Below are positions 26,542 through 39,300 of a DNA stretch of 64,000 nucleotides, piece by piece (positions within the stretch are counted from its first letter, which is position 1; each line of letters begins with the position of its first letter). The position numbers and the translations under genes were made by a program. Origin of the DNA: Geosiphon pyriformis uo1 (Eukaryota; Fungi; Glomeromycota); NCBI GenBank assembly GCA_016748015.1, contig JAAOMT010000518.1:372001-436000 (forward strand), in the 5' to 3' direction. The notes beneath the pieces were generated by a model. The model ran no database searches and had not been told where the DNA came from. It saw only the letters and a program-made list of their open reading frames with translations.

Positions 26542-28778
26542 TCAAGAATTTCCAGAAGGGATAGTTTTCTCGGGAAATCTTGGACCGGAAGGCTTATCTG
26601 ATTCGCCCCAGTTGAAACCGTTCTGTTCCAAAGTTTGTTGTATACGTTGTAAGGCAACTTGATTTTGTTGAGTTATGTTCTTCAATGTTCGAATTTGCTC
26701 TAATAAAGCATCTTGATTCGCTACTATATCATCATTCAATCCCGAATACCCAGGACGCGTCGGCTGAGAAGCGTACGATCGGGTGCTTTCAAAGCTAGCA
26801 CGATCATTGCCTGAAAGAAAAAAGTATTAATAAATTTCCCAAGTAAAGTTATTTCAACGTAATTTATTGAGAGTTTCTGACCCATTGTGTATCCTGAGCT
26901 ATTATCACCAATTAAAGTAACATTATCGGCTTGTTCCTAAACACAAGGTAAGACAGTTAGGGGCAATTATTATATGAGGCTTTAAAATTCAATTTGTATT
27001 GATGTTTTGTGGAAAATTTTGAAATACATACACGAACATTAGGTGAAGGCCTTCGATATTGTCGCATTGCTTCCCAAACCAGAGTAAAATTCCTACCCAC
27101 AATGATTGAAGGCAAAGCAATCAACTAAAAGAATCACAATTTCTTCATTAATCTAGATACATAAATATTGTTCTCAAGTAAATTTCATAATTTACCTACC
27201 AAAATTCCGCACATCATGGCAGGAAACGCGATCACCTTGCCAATAAAAGTGGTAGGGACCATATCCCCTAAATTAAAGATGCTATCAATACGCGACAAGA
27301 TTGTAAGAGCGAGAGAGATACATATATTTACCATATCCAGTTGTGGTAATAGTAACCATAACAAACCAAAAGGCTGATGGTATGCTGTCGAAAGCACTGT
27401 ATAAAATTTTATCAAAAATATTATTTTCAATATTATTCAAACATTAATAAAATTTAATAGCAAACCTTGGATTTCCTTTGCTGTCGACAAATATGCGCTT
27501 TTCTTGGTCCCAAGTACCTAAAATTTCAAATTTGGTTTAAATTAGATATAAATCAGACATTCCCTAAATCCATACAACAAATGAGTGAATACAAACCGCG
27601 TTCAGCGAAATAAAGTAAAGTGGAGAAAAGCACAATACTTGTAACCATAAAGAAAAACAGGGCACCTAAGGCATCCATACTTCTTTTGACCGCAACAATC
27701 ATAACCTCAATTGTCATGATTATCGTGGATGAATATTTGAATGCCTTAAATACGCGAAGTAAACGAAATAAACGGAGAATGGTAAATCGGAAATCATATG
27801 TCTGTTTGAGCAAAAGAAAATTTATGTTTAATGGATTATCTGAACTCCCAAGAGTGAGCTTTCAAAATAAAATATTACCGTGTCATGGTGAAATATTAAC
27901 TCGATGTAATAAGGAACAATCGCGATAAAGTCGATAACGGCCAAAGGAGCTATTTCCAATTGCCGGAAGGAGCGAAATCAAGTTTGATGATTATGTATGT
28001 TTATTGAGCTAAATGACATAAAGGTCAAACTTGTGTGTTCCATTGCTTTTCCAAATTTTACATAAATGTAAAATCAAGCATAAATTCGGTCGGACAAGTT
28101 TAAGAAAATTCCTTAACATAGTCAATAATTGATAGAGAAATATCATCCTTACCAGTAACGTGCCTCATCAATTGCTTCGAACTATCAGAATGAGCTACAA
28201 CACGAAAAATGTATTCTATTGTGAAGATTACCACTATTGTAGTTTCAAAATTAAACCTATGAATCAAAGAATGTTACTTAAATTCAAAGAATCATGAATA
28301 ATGATCAAATACTAGCATGGACTTACCATACGGCACTGGAGGTTGAGCGAAAGGTGGGTATCGTCTCGATGGTAGTCAACACCGCACTGAGAACAATAGT
28401 AAAGGAAACAAATACGTTGACATAAAAAGCGGCACGACTTGAAGACGGATCTTCAAGTAATAAAAACAAATCTCGTTTCCAATCGTTTCTCATTGAATTT
28501 GCCTCTGTATTGTTTGCTGCTCTGTTGTCAGTGTCATCATCAAGTTCTCTCAACTCTGAAGGGAGCTCGGTAACTGGCCACTCTCCTTCCATGTTGACAC
28601 CAGAAATCGGGCCTCTTCTAAGATGGGAAAGATGAACTATATGCGGCTGTGGTTCAGAGGTTAAATCCTGTACATGTGTTTGATGGGGAGAGTTTATAGG
28701 TACCAATGGTATAGAAGGGTGAGCAAGCGAAGCTTCACTTTCATCAGGAAGTCTTGTAAACTCTCGGTGCTTATTCAT
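26542..28778 (-). CDS. Voltage-gated (6TM, Kv/Shaker-like) potassium channel (multi-exon)
   Basis: 'LLEDPSSSRAA' pre-S1, S4 'ILRLFRLLRVFKAFK', pore 'TITTTGYGDMVP' (split by an intron near 27331), S6 'GILLIALPSIIVGRNF'. Confidence 0.88.
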
Positions 28779-29717
28779 ATTTTGTAAGTAAGAATAAAAA
28801 ATTGCGTCTTTGAAACCAATCGGAAGAAACTTTTTCTCGGAAGTAAACTACTAAAATTGGCTTTAAAAAACTACCATCAGTAATACTTGTGTACCAGTTT
28901 TAAAGTTTCACGGGAAAGTCAAACGAGACCATTTTATTCATAGAAATATCACGAGATTTATTTCGATTATCACTTATATATGAATTTTGTTATAATTTTA
29001 ACGATTCACTTTTTTTCACTTTCATAATATTTCTTTTAATACAACAAATTAGTGAGAAGTCGAGTTTATACTATTACAAAAGGCTAGTTCACTAGGCCCT
29101 ACTGGCCTAAAGGTGTCCTAGAACAAGAATAAATACGTTTTCAATTAAAAATTAAGGTCATTCGAAATTATCATGCAAGACTCTGAACCGAGAGTACTCT
29201 CTTGCTGCCACCACCGTTTCTTAATAACCTGTTCATTATATAGAATGTTCACAAAAAATTTAATCGGTTTTTATAATTTCAGTTTTTTGTAATCCGCGTT
29301 GTTTTTGTACTTTTTTTTCATGTTTTGTTCAACACGCGTTTTTTTTATTGATTTTAAATATCCTCATGGGTTCCCCCGACGCGATCTTTGGTCTGGTCTT
29401 TAAAAACAAATCAAATCTTTGATTAAATCTTTATAAAAGGAAACACACTCCCACTGTTTTATCATTTTGAGAAATTGAAGCTTAAGAGCCCGCTAGTCAC
29501 TTTGAGAAAATTATTTTATACCAAGTCTTCTTCCACTCTCAATAATATCACCAACTATTCATCCTCGCCGCTGCTATCTCAAGACTATCGCCACCAAGAA
29601 CTTGATAACATATCACCGAAAGATATCACTTCAAACATTAATATCATTAATAACTATCGACAGTCTGATATACCAGCTACCGTTTCTAAACTCCGTTCAC
29701 GGCATAGCAGACCAATA

Positions 29718-31044
29718 ATGACTCCACATTTTTGCTACCATGATAAGGAAAATACCGAACCTACCTTGCCTCACGTACGTTTAGTTAAAAAGCGCAAACA
29801 AAAACAAGAAACGGCATCAAGGTCCTCACATAAGCACTTAAAGCTTCTTGACTCTGACGAAGAGGTAAGAGACGTGAGAAATCAATGCTCCCTTTAAATT
29901 TTTTAAATAATACCCAATCCCACTTTTTAAAAGGGTCAAAATTCTGGTGTACCCCCGCTATCGCCAATAAGTCAAGTGTCAAAATCACCACGCCAAGAAG
30001 ATAATAATCCCATGGTAGAATCGGGTCCACCTTCTCCCCACCAGGCTACTTCGCCTCAAGGGGCTGATATTTTCTCTTCATATATCCGTTCACCTTCGAG
30101 TCAAAGCCCTTCAGTAATTACGCAATCACCTTCACACCAAGAGATTAAAAGTCCATCGCCGCAACCGCAATCACCGTCCCCCGGAAAGTCGGATATTTAT
30201 TCTACGGAAACAGGATTGCAATCACGGCAGGACAACCCAATTTATCACAGATCAATAAATTTGACAGATATCAATTCAACGGTTGAACCACCAAAATTGA
30301 AAGTTACAAAACTCAGTCAGAAAGCTAGGGTTCCAGTTCGTGGATCCAGTCAGGCTGCTGGATATGATCTATACAGGTATTTGAGACATTTCTTACGAAT
30401 CCAATTTCTCCACAATTTCTAATCAAATATTTTATATTGGTGCTGGTGCAGTGCCGCTGATATTAAAATACCAGCGAAAGGTCAAGTATTGGTACCTACC
30501 GGTTTATCAATGGCCGTTCCAAAAGGAACTTATGGAAGAGTAGCTCCCCGAAGTGGACTAGGTATAATGATTAATGCGGTTTTGACTTGTTACATGTATT
30601 TATCTATATATAAGTTGCACAAATTTTAACACCTAAAATCCGATTAGCCGTCAAACATTCGATTGACTGTGGTGCTGGGGTTATTGATGCAGATTATAGG
30701 GGTGAAGTCCTTGTTCTGCTATTCAATTTTGGACAAGAAGATTATGAAGGTAAACCTTTATTTCATTATTTCAATTCTATTTTTGTAACATCTAAAAATT
30801 TCCATGTTCCTTCTTGCCTTTGATGCCCTTCTAGTAAAGGAAGGTGATCGTATCGCTCAACTTATTCTTGAACACATAAGTACTCCTGACGTGGTTGAAG
30901 TAGATGTAAGGTTCAATTGTTCTTAAGATTAATATGATACAATCTACTTGAATTAATATCCGAAATTGAAAATTTTCATTTTCGCAGTCATTGGAAGATA
31001 CTGTGCGCGGTGCTAGCGGTTTTGGATCGACGGGGTTTAGATAA
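29718..31044 (+). CDS. DUT1: Host dUTPase with a long Ser/Pro-rich N-terminal extension (start codon uncertain; could extend upstream)
   Basis: Spliced motifs [41 protein letters not shown]; stop TAA at 31042-31044. Confidence 0.92.
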
Positions 31045-31307
31045 AATCTCCATCATGAAACGGATCCTTTTCCATCGAAATTCTTGCGTTTTCCATTCAT
31101 TAGCACAATCAGATTTTCATTTTCTATTCGCACACTTCGAAAATAATCCGTCAAACTCTAATTCTCGTTGCCCAATATGTACTCTAAATTCTTAAAATTA
31201 ATTTCTTTTCTATTAATAAATAATGTCACTGTTCTCATACTGCTGTAACAGTCGGTGATGGTGTAACCTGATCTTACATCAATAGCCAATTCTCTGATGT
31301 TTACAAT

Positions 31308-34300
31308 CTACCCTTTTTCAAGCCTGTTCAAAATTTCAATGGCTTTACGTAAATTATGGTCGGTCTCATTCATTACTTTTCTACACACTTCTATGTCCCA
31401 TCCTCCTTGTGATAACCATGCAAGCTTTTTTCTACGAATTTCTTCTTTCAATTTAATGTTCCATTTTTCTTTGACCTCCGACTCAATTTCTACTCTTTTT
31501 GTTTTATCGATTGCTTTTGTGTTCACAATAAACGCTCCACTGATCGGTCGGTGGTCAGATACTTTACATTCATACCGTTGATAATTAACTTGTTTTATCT
31601 TATTGCCTCTCCACAAAATGCGATCGCACCATGCGGGAGTTCGTTTCTTATCCGATGAATCATAAGTGTCTTCTCCAGGGTTATACTTGTAAGTTGGTGC
31701 AAAATTCAATATTCCTTCATTAAACGATTTCAATCGGAATCCGGGATTTTTTAATCTTTGTTTGATCAATTGATCATTTTCCAACAAAGTCGCAAAATCT
31801 TCTTTACGAACTTTTTCAATTACCACTTCGCGTGGCAAATCAATCCGGTAATTAAGATCTCCGCTTAAAAAACATATCTCATGATCTAAAATGTTGGCGC
31901 CATCACCTCCATCCACGAAGACTTGAGCATAATCGTTAAGAGAATTCCTCTCCAAATCGTTGGTGAGTGCGGGAAATTCTGCTGACTCTAGAATTTTTAC
32001 GGAATCATGATTGCGTTGGGTGATATGTGTTTGGCCTGCAGCTAAATGGCAGTTGACAAAACATATTGAAGAATCATCGTAAATGAATCTTGTAGCAATA
32101 GCCCCCTATAACATTAGTCAGTAAAAAAAATGACGAATAATTACTTTATATCAAACGCCATTCTATAAAAAAAAAATTATCAAGAAATCAATGCTAACCT
32201 TGTTACCATGATATCCGCCTAAGCCGGTTTTACATTTTGTAACATCGATATTCTTGAGCCGTTTCCACTCGGTGTCTTTAACAAACACGCAAGTGAACAG
32301 TCCGACCAAATTCTCCGCTTTTACCAGCTTGTAATCACATCGATTTCCAAATGCAGCATGCTCGCGAACCGCTCTTACCAATTTATCGCGCCAGAGTCTA
32401 TATCTTTGCGTAATATTTTCATTCAATTGTTTGTCCGCTTTCTTTTTGGACATTAACATAGTTTCTATGGGAGAAAAGGGTTTTAATAAGTTGGTTTCAT
32501 TATTTCGTAAAGGGTTAATTAAGTACAATGAACCTTACTAGCAGTCATTTTCTTCGATTCCAAATCAATTATCTCTTGGAAACCAATGACAATCAAATCT
32601 GGTGCATCGATACTGGTGAAACAAAGCCGCAAAAATTTTACATCTTCAGCAGATGCTTCCAAGTCTGCGGGCTTTGACGCATCAATATTCCAAGAACAAA
32701 TTAAAATTTTAATTTCTTGATACGTGCAATACCTTTGCTCGTATTTAACCATTTCATTTGCTTCGAAAAATAAAATGAATTTAAAAATTAAATGCTCCAA
32801 TTTAAAATTTCTCATTGTATAAAGGAAAACTCACCAAGCCAATCCTCCTGCATCAATCCATCCCACACCGAAATATGGCCCTCGTCGCTCAAACTTCCAA
32901 CTTGAAGTCGTTCAATTTTCTCTCGCCATAACCCCTCATCATCTAAAAGCAAGTCGATTACAGAAGTCTTATGAGCTTGCCATTCCTTTAAAACCATCCA
33001 AGGTCCCTTTGTTTTTCGCGTATCATATACATAAATCTTTCCAGTCTTGAAACCAGCCCACAAATATTCTCCGACACCTAATGAGCTTGTGATACAATAA
33101 TTAGAAACTGGCACCACAGATAATTTGGAGAATGTACTGACATCCCAAATTGTAAAGGTTCCGTTATCATGCCCAATGTAGACAAAGGATTTCTCATTTG
33201 TCTGTGCCATACAGGTTACATTCCCAACATCGGAGCCCACCTCTCTTTTTGAAGGAAGACTTGATCCTCTTTGTTCCTCAACAGGGTTGAATACTTCGAT
33301 ACTCTTGCCAGCACCCATCCATAGGTTATGGTTTACTATAAGTGCACAAGTTTGTTTGCTAGCTACCCGTAATGGTCTTGGACTAGATTCTAGAGAAGGC
33401 ACTTCATGATTATTGCTATCTGGAGACCAAAGATTCAACTTGCCATTTTCATCAATGGTCCATAGCTGAGATTCATGACTTAAAATAAAGTTTATGGAAT
33501 GGTTGTGGGCTTTTGAAGTCATTTCTACAACCTTCCTAGTATTAATATCAAGCGCAAATAGTGCTCCATCATTTGTGCCACACCAAATATATCGTCCGAT
33601 ATCTTCCAAACGTCGTGCAGGTCGGAATTTTAAACATGTAACCTTAGAGTCACCATGGGAGATAGTCGCAATATTTTCAGCAGTCCGTAATTTCCATACT
33701 CGGGTGCTTGTTGATGCGGTTACTACCAAATCACCAGCGATACCAAAGGCACGGATGGAGCTCTTAGAATAAAGATCTTCCACCAATTCATTGAAGTGAG
33801 GGGCCCGACGATTCGCATGTGTTGCATCCGGAAATCCAAAATTAGTCTGGCATTGATCGCTTGTAAAACGATTGACTAAAAGATCTTCACCAGAATCAGC
33901 CTCCCCGACGGAGGATTCTGACCCAGAATGATTTTGATGGAAATCCCGTTTAGGAACGCTCAACTTTTGTGGTCGATTAATTTCAGACTCAATGGAAAAC
34001 ATGCTTCGCTGTGACAAAGCTGGACGATCAGGAAGGGGTGGTCTATCACGGGTAGAAAATTTTAATCCCGTCTCGGTGAAATTTTCTGGCTTAAGGGTAG
34101 GTTTGTTCATAGGACGCGGCGGAAGAGAGGGCTTGACTTCAGCTACGAAAGTTTGATCAAAAGTTTGATTACGATTACCTATAAGTCGAGGAGGTTTAAG
34201 AGGAGCAGCCAAATTTGGAAAATCTCGAGGAGGACTTTCACTTGTTACCGACATATGATCTTTTTCGACAGATAAAGACAAGGATTGTGTTGAGCTTGAC

Positions 34301-35425
34301 GATAATGGAGGCGAAGAGGGTGGTTGATGCTTGAAGATCCTTTTTGGTTTCGAAGGAGGCACCTCACTAAATCTTCTATCTACAGGGCTAAATACCTCCG
34401 GCTCTTCATGGATTTCATCCGAGATAAAGCTTGAACCATTAGCCATTAAATCATTATAATCTGCAAACGGATCGAGTGCATGTGAGTCTTGAAACGGATC
34501 GATGTCACTTTGAGTAGAGAATTCTGAGGAGTGTGGATTAAATGAGTTAAAATCCAAAAAAGAGTTTTTGGAGCTGAAATTAGATAAAGTTCGTGTAGAT
34601 GAATGATTTGCGGGAACATTAATTGAATCGGTTTCCAAAACTGAGTTAGGTTCTGTTTTTTGAGGTTTTGAGAGTAAACCAACCGGGATGTGAGATGGTA
34701 CTCCATTGAACTTGTTGGTAAATGTCGATACACTCGAGGCTCCCAGCTTTTGAGGGTTTGTTTTTGCCAAGTCCGCAGACTCTGGTTTTTTAGATTCTTT
34801 AATTATATTAAATTCTGAAGCATGTGGTAAAACTTTGGGCCGGATAGCCGGTGGTGAGGGGGAAGTTTCAAGGAAAGAAATCTTTGACGATTCTTGCCCC
34901 GGAGTTCTTAAGGGACGTTGCATTGCTGACACTGCGCCTATAACATGCGCAACTTTTTTAAAGGATTTTCGTTCATACCTCTGCCGTGAATCATCTGAAA
35001 ACTCAATTGTAAAATCGAAAAATAAATAATTAAAAAAAGCTGCCCAAAAGATTGAACTTCAATTTTTTAAGAGACTATTTGGTTTTCTACCTGTTTCTAA
35101 AGACCCTGGAGGGGGTTTTACAGGTTGTTTTTGCGTCAGTTGTTCAAACAAAGATAATTTTGAGCTGACTGAACCAGTGGTAGATTCATCTATCTCTTGT
35201 TCATTATTTGATTTATTTTTGTCGACTGTGCTAGCAGAGGAGAATAAATTAACTGAAACGAAACTTGAAAATTTGAACTCCACTCGAACTCGACTTACCA
35301 GGTTTGAGAGATCTTGAAGAGGAAGTAGGCCCTCCCACTGTGTGAGGTATAGAGCTCGAAGGCTCGGATGACGGCAGAAGTCGGGGTGATTGTCTAAGTG
35401 AGCTTCTATTCAAATTGTTGCTCAT
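31308..35425 (-). CDS. Inositol polyphosphate 5-phosphatase with a Pro/Ser-rich N-terminus and a WD40-like region (multi-exon)
   Basis: 5-phosphatase motifs SWNID, IGFQE, FVNCHLAAG, GDLNYRI and PAWCDRILW. Upstream beta-propeller-like repeats (IWDV, VWDG, LWTID). Confidence 0.9.
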
Positions 35426-36389
35426 GCTTTCAAAGAATTTGAATGAACTAATGAAAATGGTCCGAATCTCAAATAAAAAATATGTAATAAATAACAAGTG
35501 TTGCAATTAAACTGAATGCCCTGTATGCTAATAAAAGCTGAAAGAACCAATTGGTTACCTTGACTAAAAATATTTAATAAACAGTTATGTTTATAATTAA
35601 ATTAAATAATTTAAATTAATAAAATAGTTGGTTTATAAAAGTTCTTTATTTTATAAATTTTTAAATAATAAATAACAAAAGATTTTAGCTTAAGATATAA
35701 TTCTTTAAAAATGATTTATTTACCAAATATAATGCATAAAATATAATTTAAATATTACAATATTTGTATACAATAATTTGATTGTGATTAAAAACAATAT
35801 TGTAATTAATTGAAAACTTTAAAAAACATATTGTAAAGAATAATATTTAAATTTAAATTATATGTTTATTATTTTAAAAATTCAAATTTGTTATTTTTGA
35901 TATATTTTTTAACAACTTATATATTTAGAATTGTTAATTTGCTAAATTTATTAATATTTTTTTGCTTAAATATCTAGGTCAATTTTATTGTTATTTAAAT
36001 ATATATTAATATATATGTTTTATGTTTTTTTACATGTAATTAGTTATTTAAGCTAATTAAAACCATATTTTTTATATTTAAAAATTTATTATTATTATTA
36101 AAAAACATTAAAATTTTTAATTTATTATATGTTTAATACAAGTTTTAATAAATTTAATAAATATTATATTTTAACATTATATTTTGCTATTTTATTTGTA
36201 TTGTTTTTATATTTATTATAAATAATAATATTTTTTTTATGTTTGTTTTAAGTTTAATAAAAAAACTTTCAAATTTTTTATTAAAATAAATTTAAAAACA
36301 AATTTTTTGGTTAAAATTAAATACAAATTTAACTATTTTTTAATTTGTATTTTAAAATAAACTTATTAATATATTTTTATTATTATTAT

Positions 36390-39300
36390 TATTATTAACA
36401 AATCTAATCCAATCATTATTTAATATACAGAAGCAAATAAAATAATTTAAACTAAACATAACTTATGTATTTACTATATATAACCAGTTATTTAAATCAA
36501 TTAAAACTATACTATATATTCACATTGACTTCTAAACTATTATTTAACTCTGAAAAAAAAACAGGTCTTATGTAATCTAAAATTAACAACAAAAGATTTA
36601 ACAATTCTAAATAAGTAAACTACTTTTATCAAAGAAAGCTAGATAGACTATTACATATCTTAAACCAAGTCATTTTTCTTTATATTAATTCTATATTTCG
36701 ATCTAAAATTTTATATTCTACTACAATACATATTAGCAAAATATCAAACAAAATTAGCCACCATTATTAAAGCTTTTTTTTATTCTTAAATCTCAATGCC
36801 ACTTTATTAATTCAATTTCTAAAAACAAATTTCTTGTACAAAATTTCATAAATATTGAATGTTAAACATTTCTAAGAAAAGAGTATATAGCACTAAAAAA
36901 ATTGATAGAAAACAAACTTCTATTAAAAACTTTTACAATTCAACATAATTTAACAAAATCTTAAAGTATACTAAAATATCTTTTAAATAAGTAAAAACAT
37001 AATTAAATAATTTAATATTATCACAAAACAGACACAATACACTTAAATATTTTTTTTTAAATAGTTTTTTTCTGATTATAATTAGTAGTCTTCTATGTAC
37101 TGTTTTTATTAAATATATATAAAAAGCTATTAAAGATTTATTGATAAAACCAAAAAGCATATAGAAGTTAAGATGTTAAACTGAAGTAGTACAATACCAA
37201 TTAATATTCTGAATAAAAAACTCTTTCAAAATTCTTATATTTAAATCTGCTTTCTATTAAGTCTAATTAACTATTTAATAGATATTACAAACAAAATAGT
37301 AAGTATTGCTTAAAACAATCAAATTATTTGTTAAAATAAATTTTTCATGTATATTAATAAGTAAAAAAATACAGAACTGTATTATATTATCTGTAAAAAT
37401 ATTGGCTTTGTTATTGTTAGTATTCTCTAAATAGTTTTTAATTTTTACTTATATAACAGAAATATCTTAAGATTTTATTAAGTTGACTATATATTATTTT
37501 TTAATTAAGCATTTGTTTTTGAAATTAGGCACATAAAATCTAAGCTTTAATACACATATATTTATAATGGCTTAGTTGTCTATATACAAAATTACTAAAC
37601 AAAAAAAAACATATTTCAAAGCCAAAGCAATAACTTATAATTTAGTTATTGTTAATAGCAGCAAACCAGAAACTCTAATACTTATATTTACTCAAATCTT
37701 AAAAAAATATGCTGCTGCTTTACTTATTATATTTATTGTATCTAAACCACTCAATAAACTATCAGTATATACATTAATTTCTCCTGTTTATAGTTTATGT
37801 AAATATTTTTAAACATCCAGAAATCTTTTTAAATCATAAAAACTTAAACAGCTAGGTTAAAACTACATTCTATGTTATTAATAAGAAGATTATTTATGTA
37901 TATTAAAGTTTTTACAAATTACACCAGTACTAAATTTTTTGAACTTAGTTTTTTCCAATAATAAAAAATTTTCTAATCCATTATTAAGTCATGTTTATCC
38001 AACAATTAATTACCAAAAACAATACCAAATTGCTTTAAAGACTGAATTATATTGAAGTAATATAAATTATTCAGAATATTAAACATTAAAAAGCAACTAA
38101 AAAAGTAGAATATACAAAATAACTTATTTACCAAAAACATATTGTCAAAAAATATTCTTATTAGGCTTGTCAAAAAATTATTTACAGAGTTAATTTTCAA
38201 CTTAACAAGAAATTATAATGGATTTTTTGGCATCCAATCTGCAATTTGTAAATCTAAAAACTGGTGTATGAATAAATAACTAAGAATACTCATTGCATTA
38301 AAAAACCAGATTAATAAAGTTACTTTGCTTTCTATTTATATCTGTTTATATCTGCTTAAATAATTTCAGTTCATACAAAGATAGATAATACAAAGTCTTA
38401 TTGAAAAAGTTACTTAGCAGATTAGCCTTAAATTTAAGCTTTTTTTTAATCATAACATCTTATTTTTGACATATACTTTTGAACACAAAACTAAATTGTA
38501 TTTGATAACTGATTATAGACTGCAAAATTGCTAAAACTAAGTAGAAAAATTGCTTATTTAATAAAGTTTTCTTGAGTATTATGTTTGAAAAAAACCTGAT
38601 ATTTAAATATGCTTTGACAAGACTTAACTTAAATATATTTTTTGTTAATAAAAAAATTCCGAGATATTTGTGAAATTTTCTCTACTTAGCAATAAAAATA
38701 GATTGGTTATCAATATATAATAAAGCAACTACAACTCTCTAATTTATAAGAATTACACCTGTTTTTTTATTGTTAATACAAATGTTATTAATTTTAAAAA
38801 ACTAATTAGTCAGATTTAAAATGTATTGTGTTAAAGCTTGACCATTTTTTATCTAAATAGTATTATTTACAAAAGCATCTGTCACAAAAAAAGAAGTTTT
38901 TTCTCTACTAATTTTCATTTTATTTATTTTAACTACCAAATTGATATTAATTCAATATTTACATAAGTGTTTTTGTTTTTTAATCTTATACAATAAAAAT
39001 TTTCCAAAAAAATAGTAAAAAAACTTTATCTTAATTTAATCTATCATATATTTTGTAATTATTCAAAAGACCAAAATCTGTTATTACTTTATTAATTTTG
39101 TTTTTATATATATTATTGAAAAAATTGATAAATCTGTTATATATCTTGATATACTTTAAACTAGCTTTTAAATAGTGTCATCCAACTAAATTATAAGCTT
39201 TACACATGTCTTATAGAATTAATCATAGCTTTTAGTTTTTTTTCAAAACATCTTTTACAATAAAACTAACAGCAAACATTAAAGATTGAGTTAAGATATT

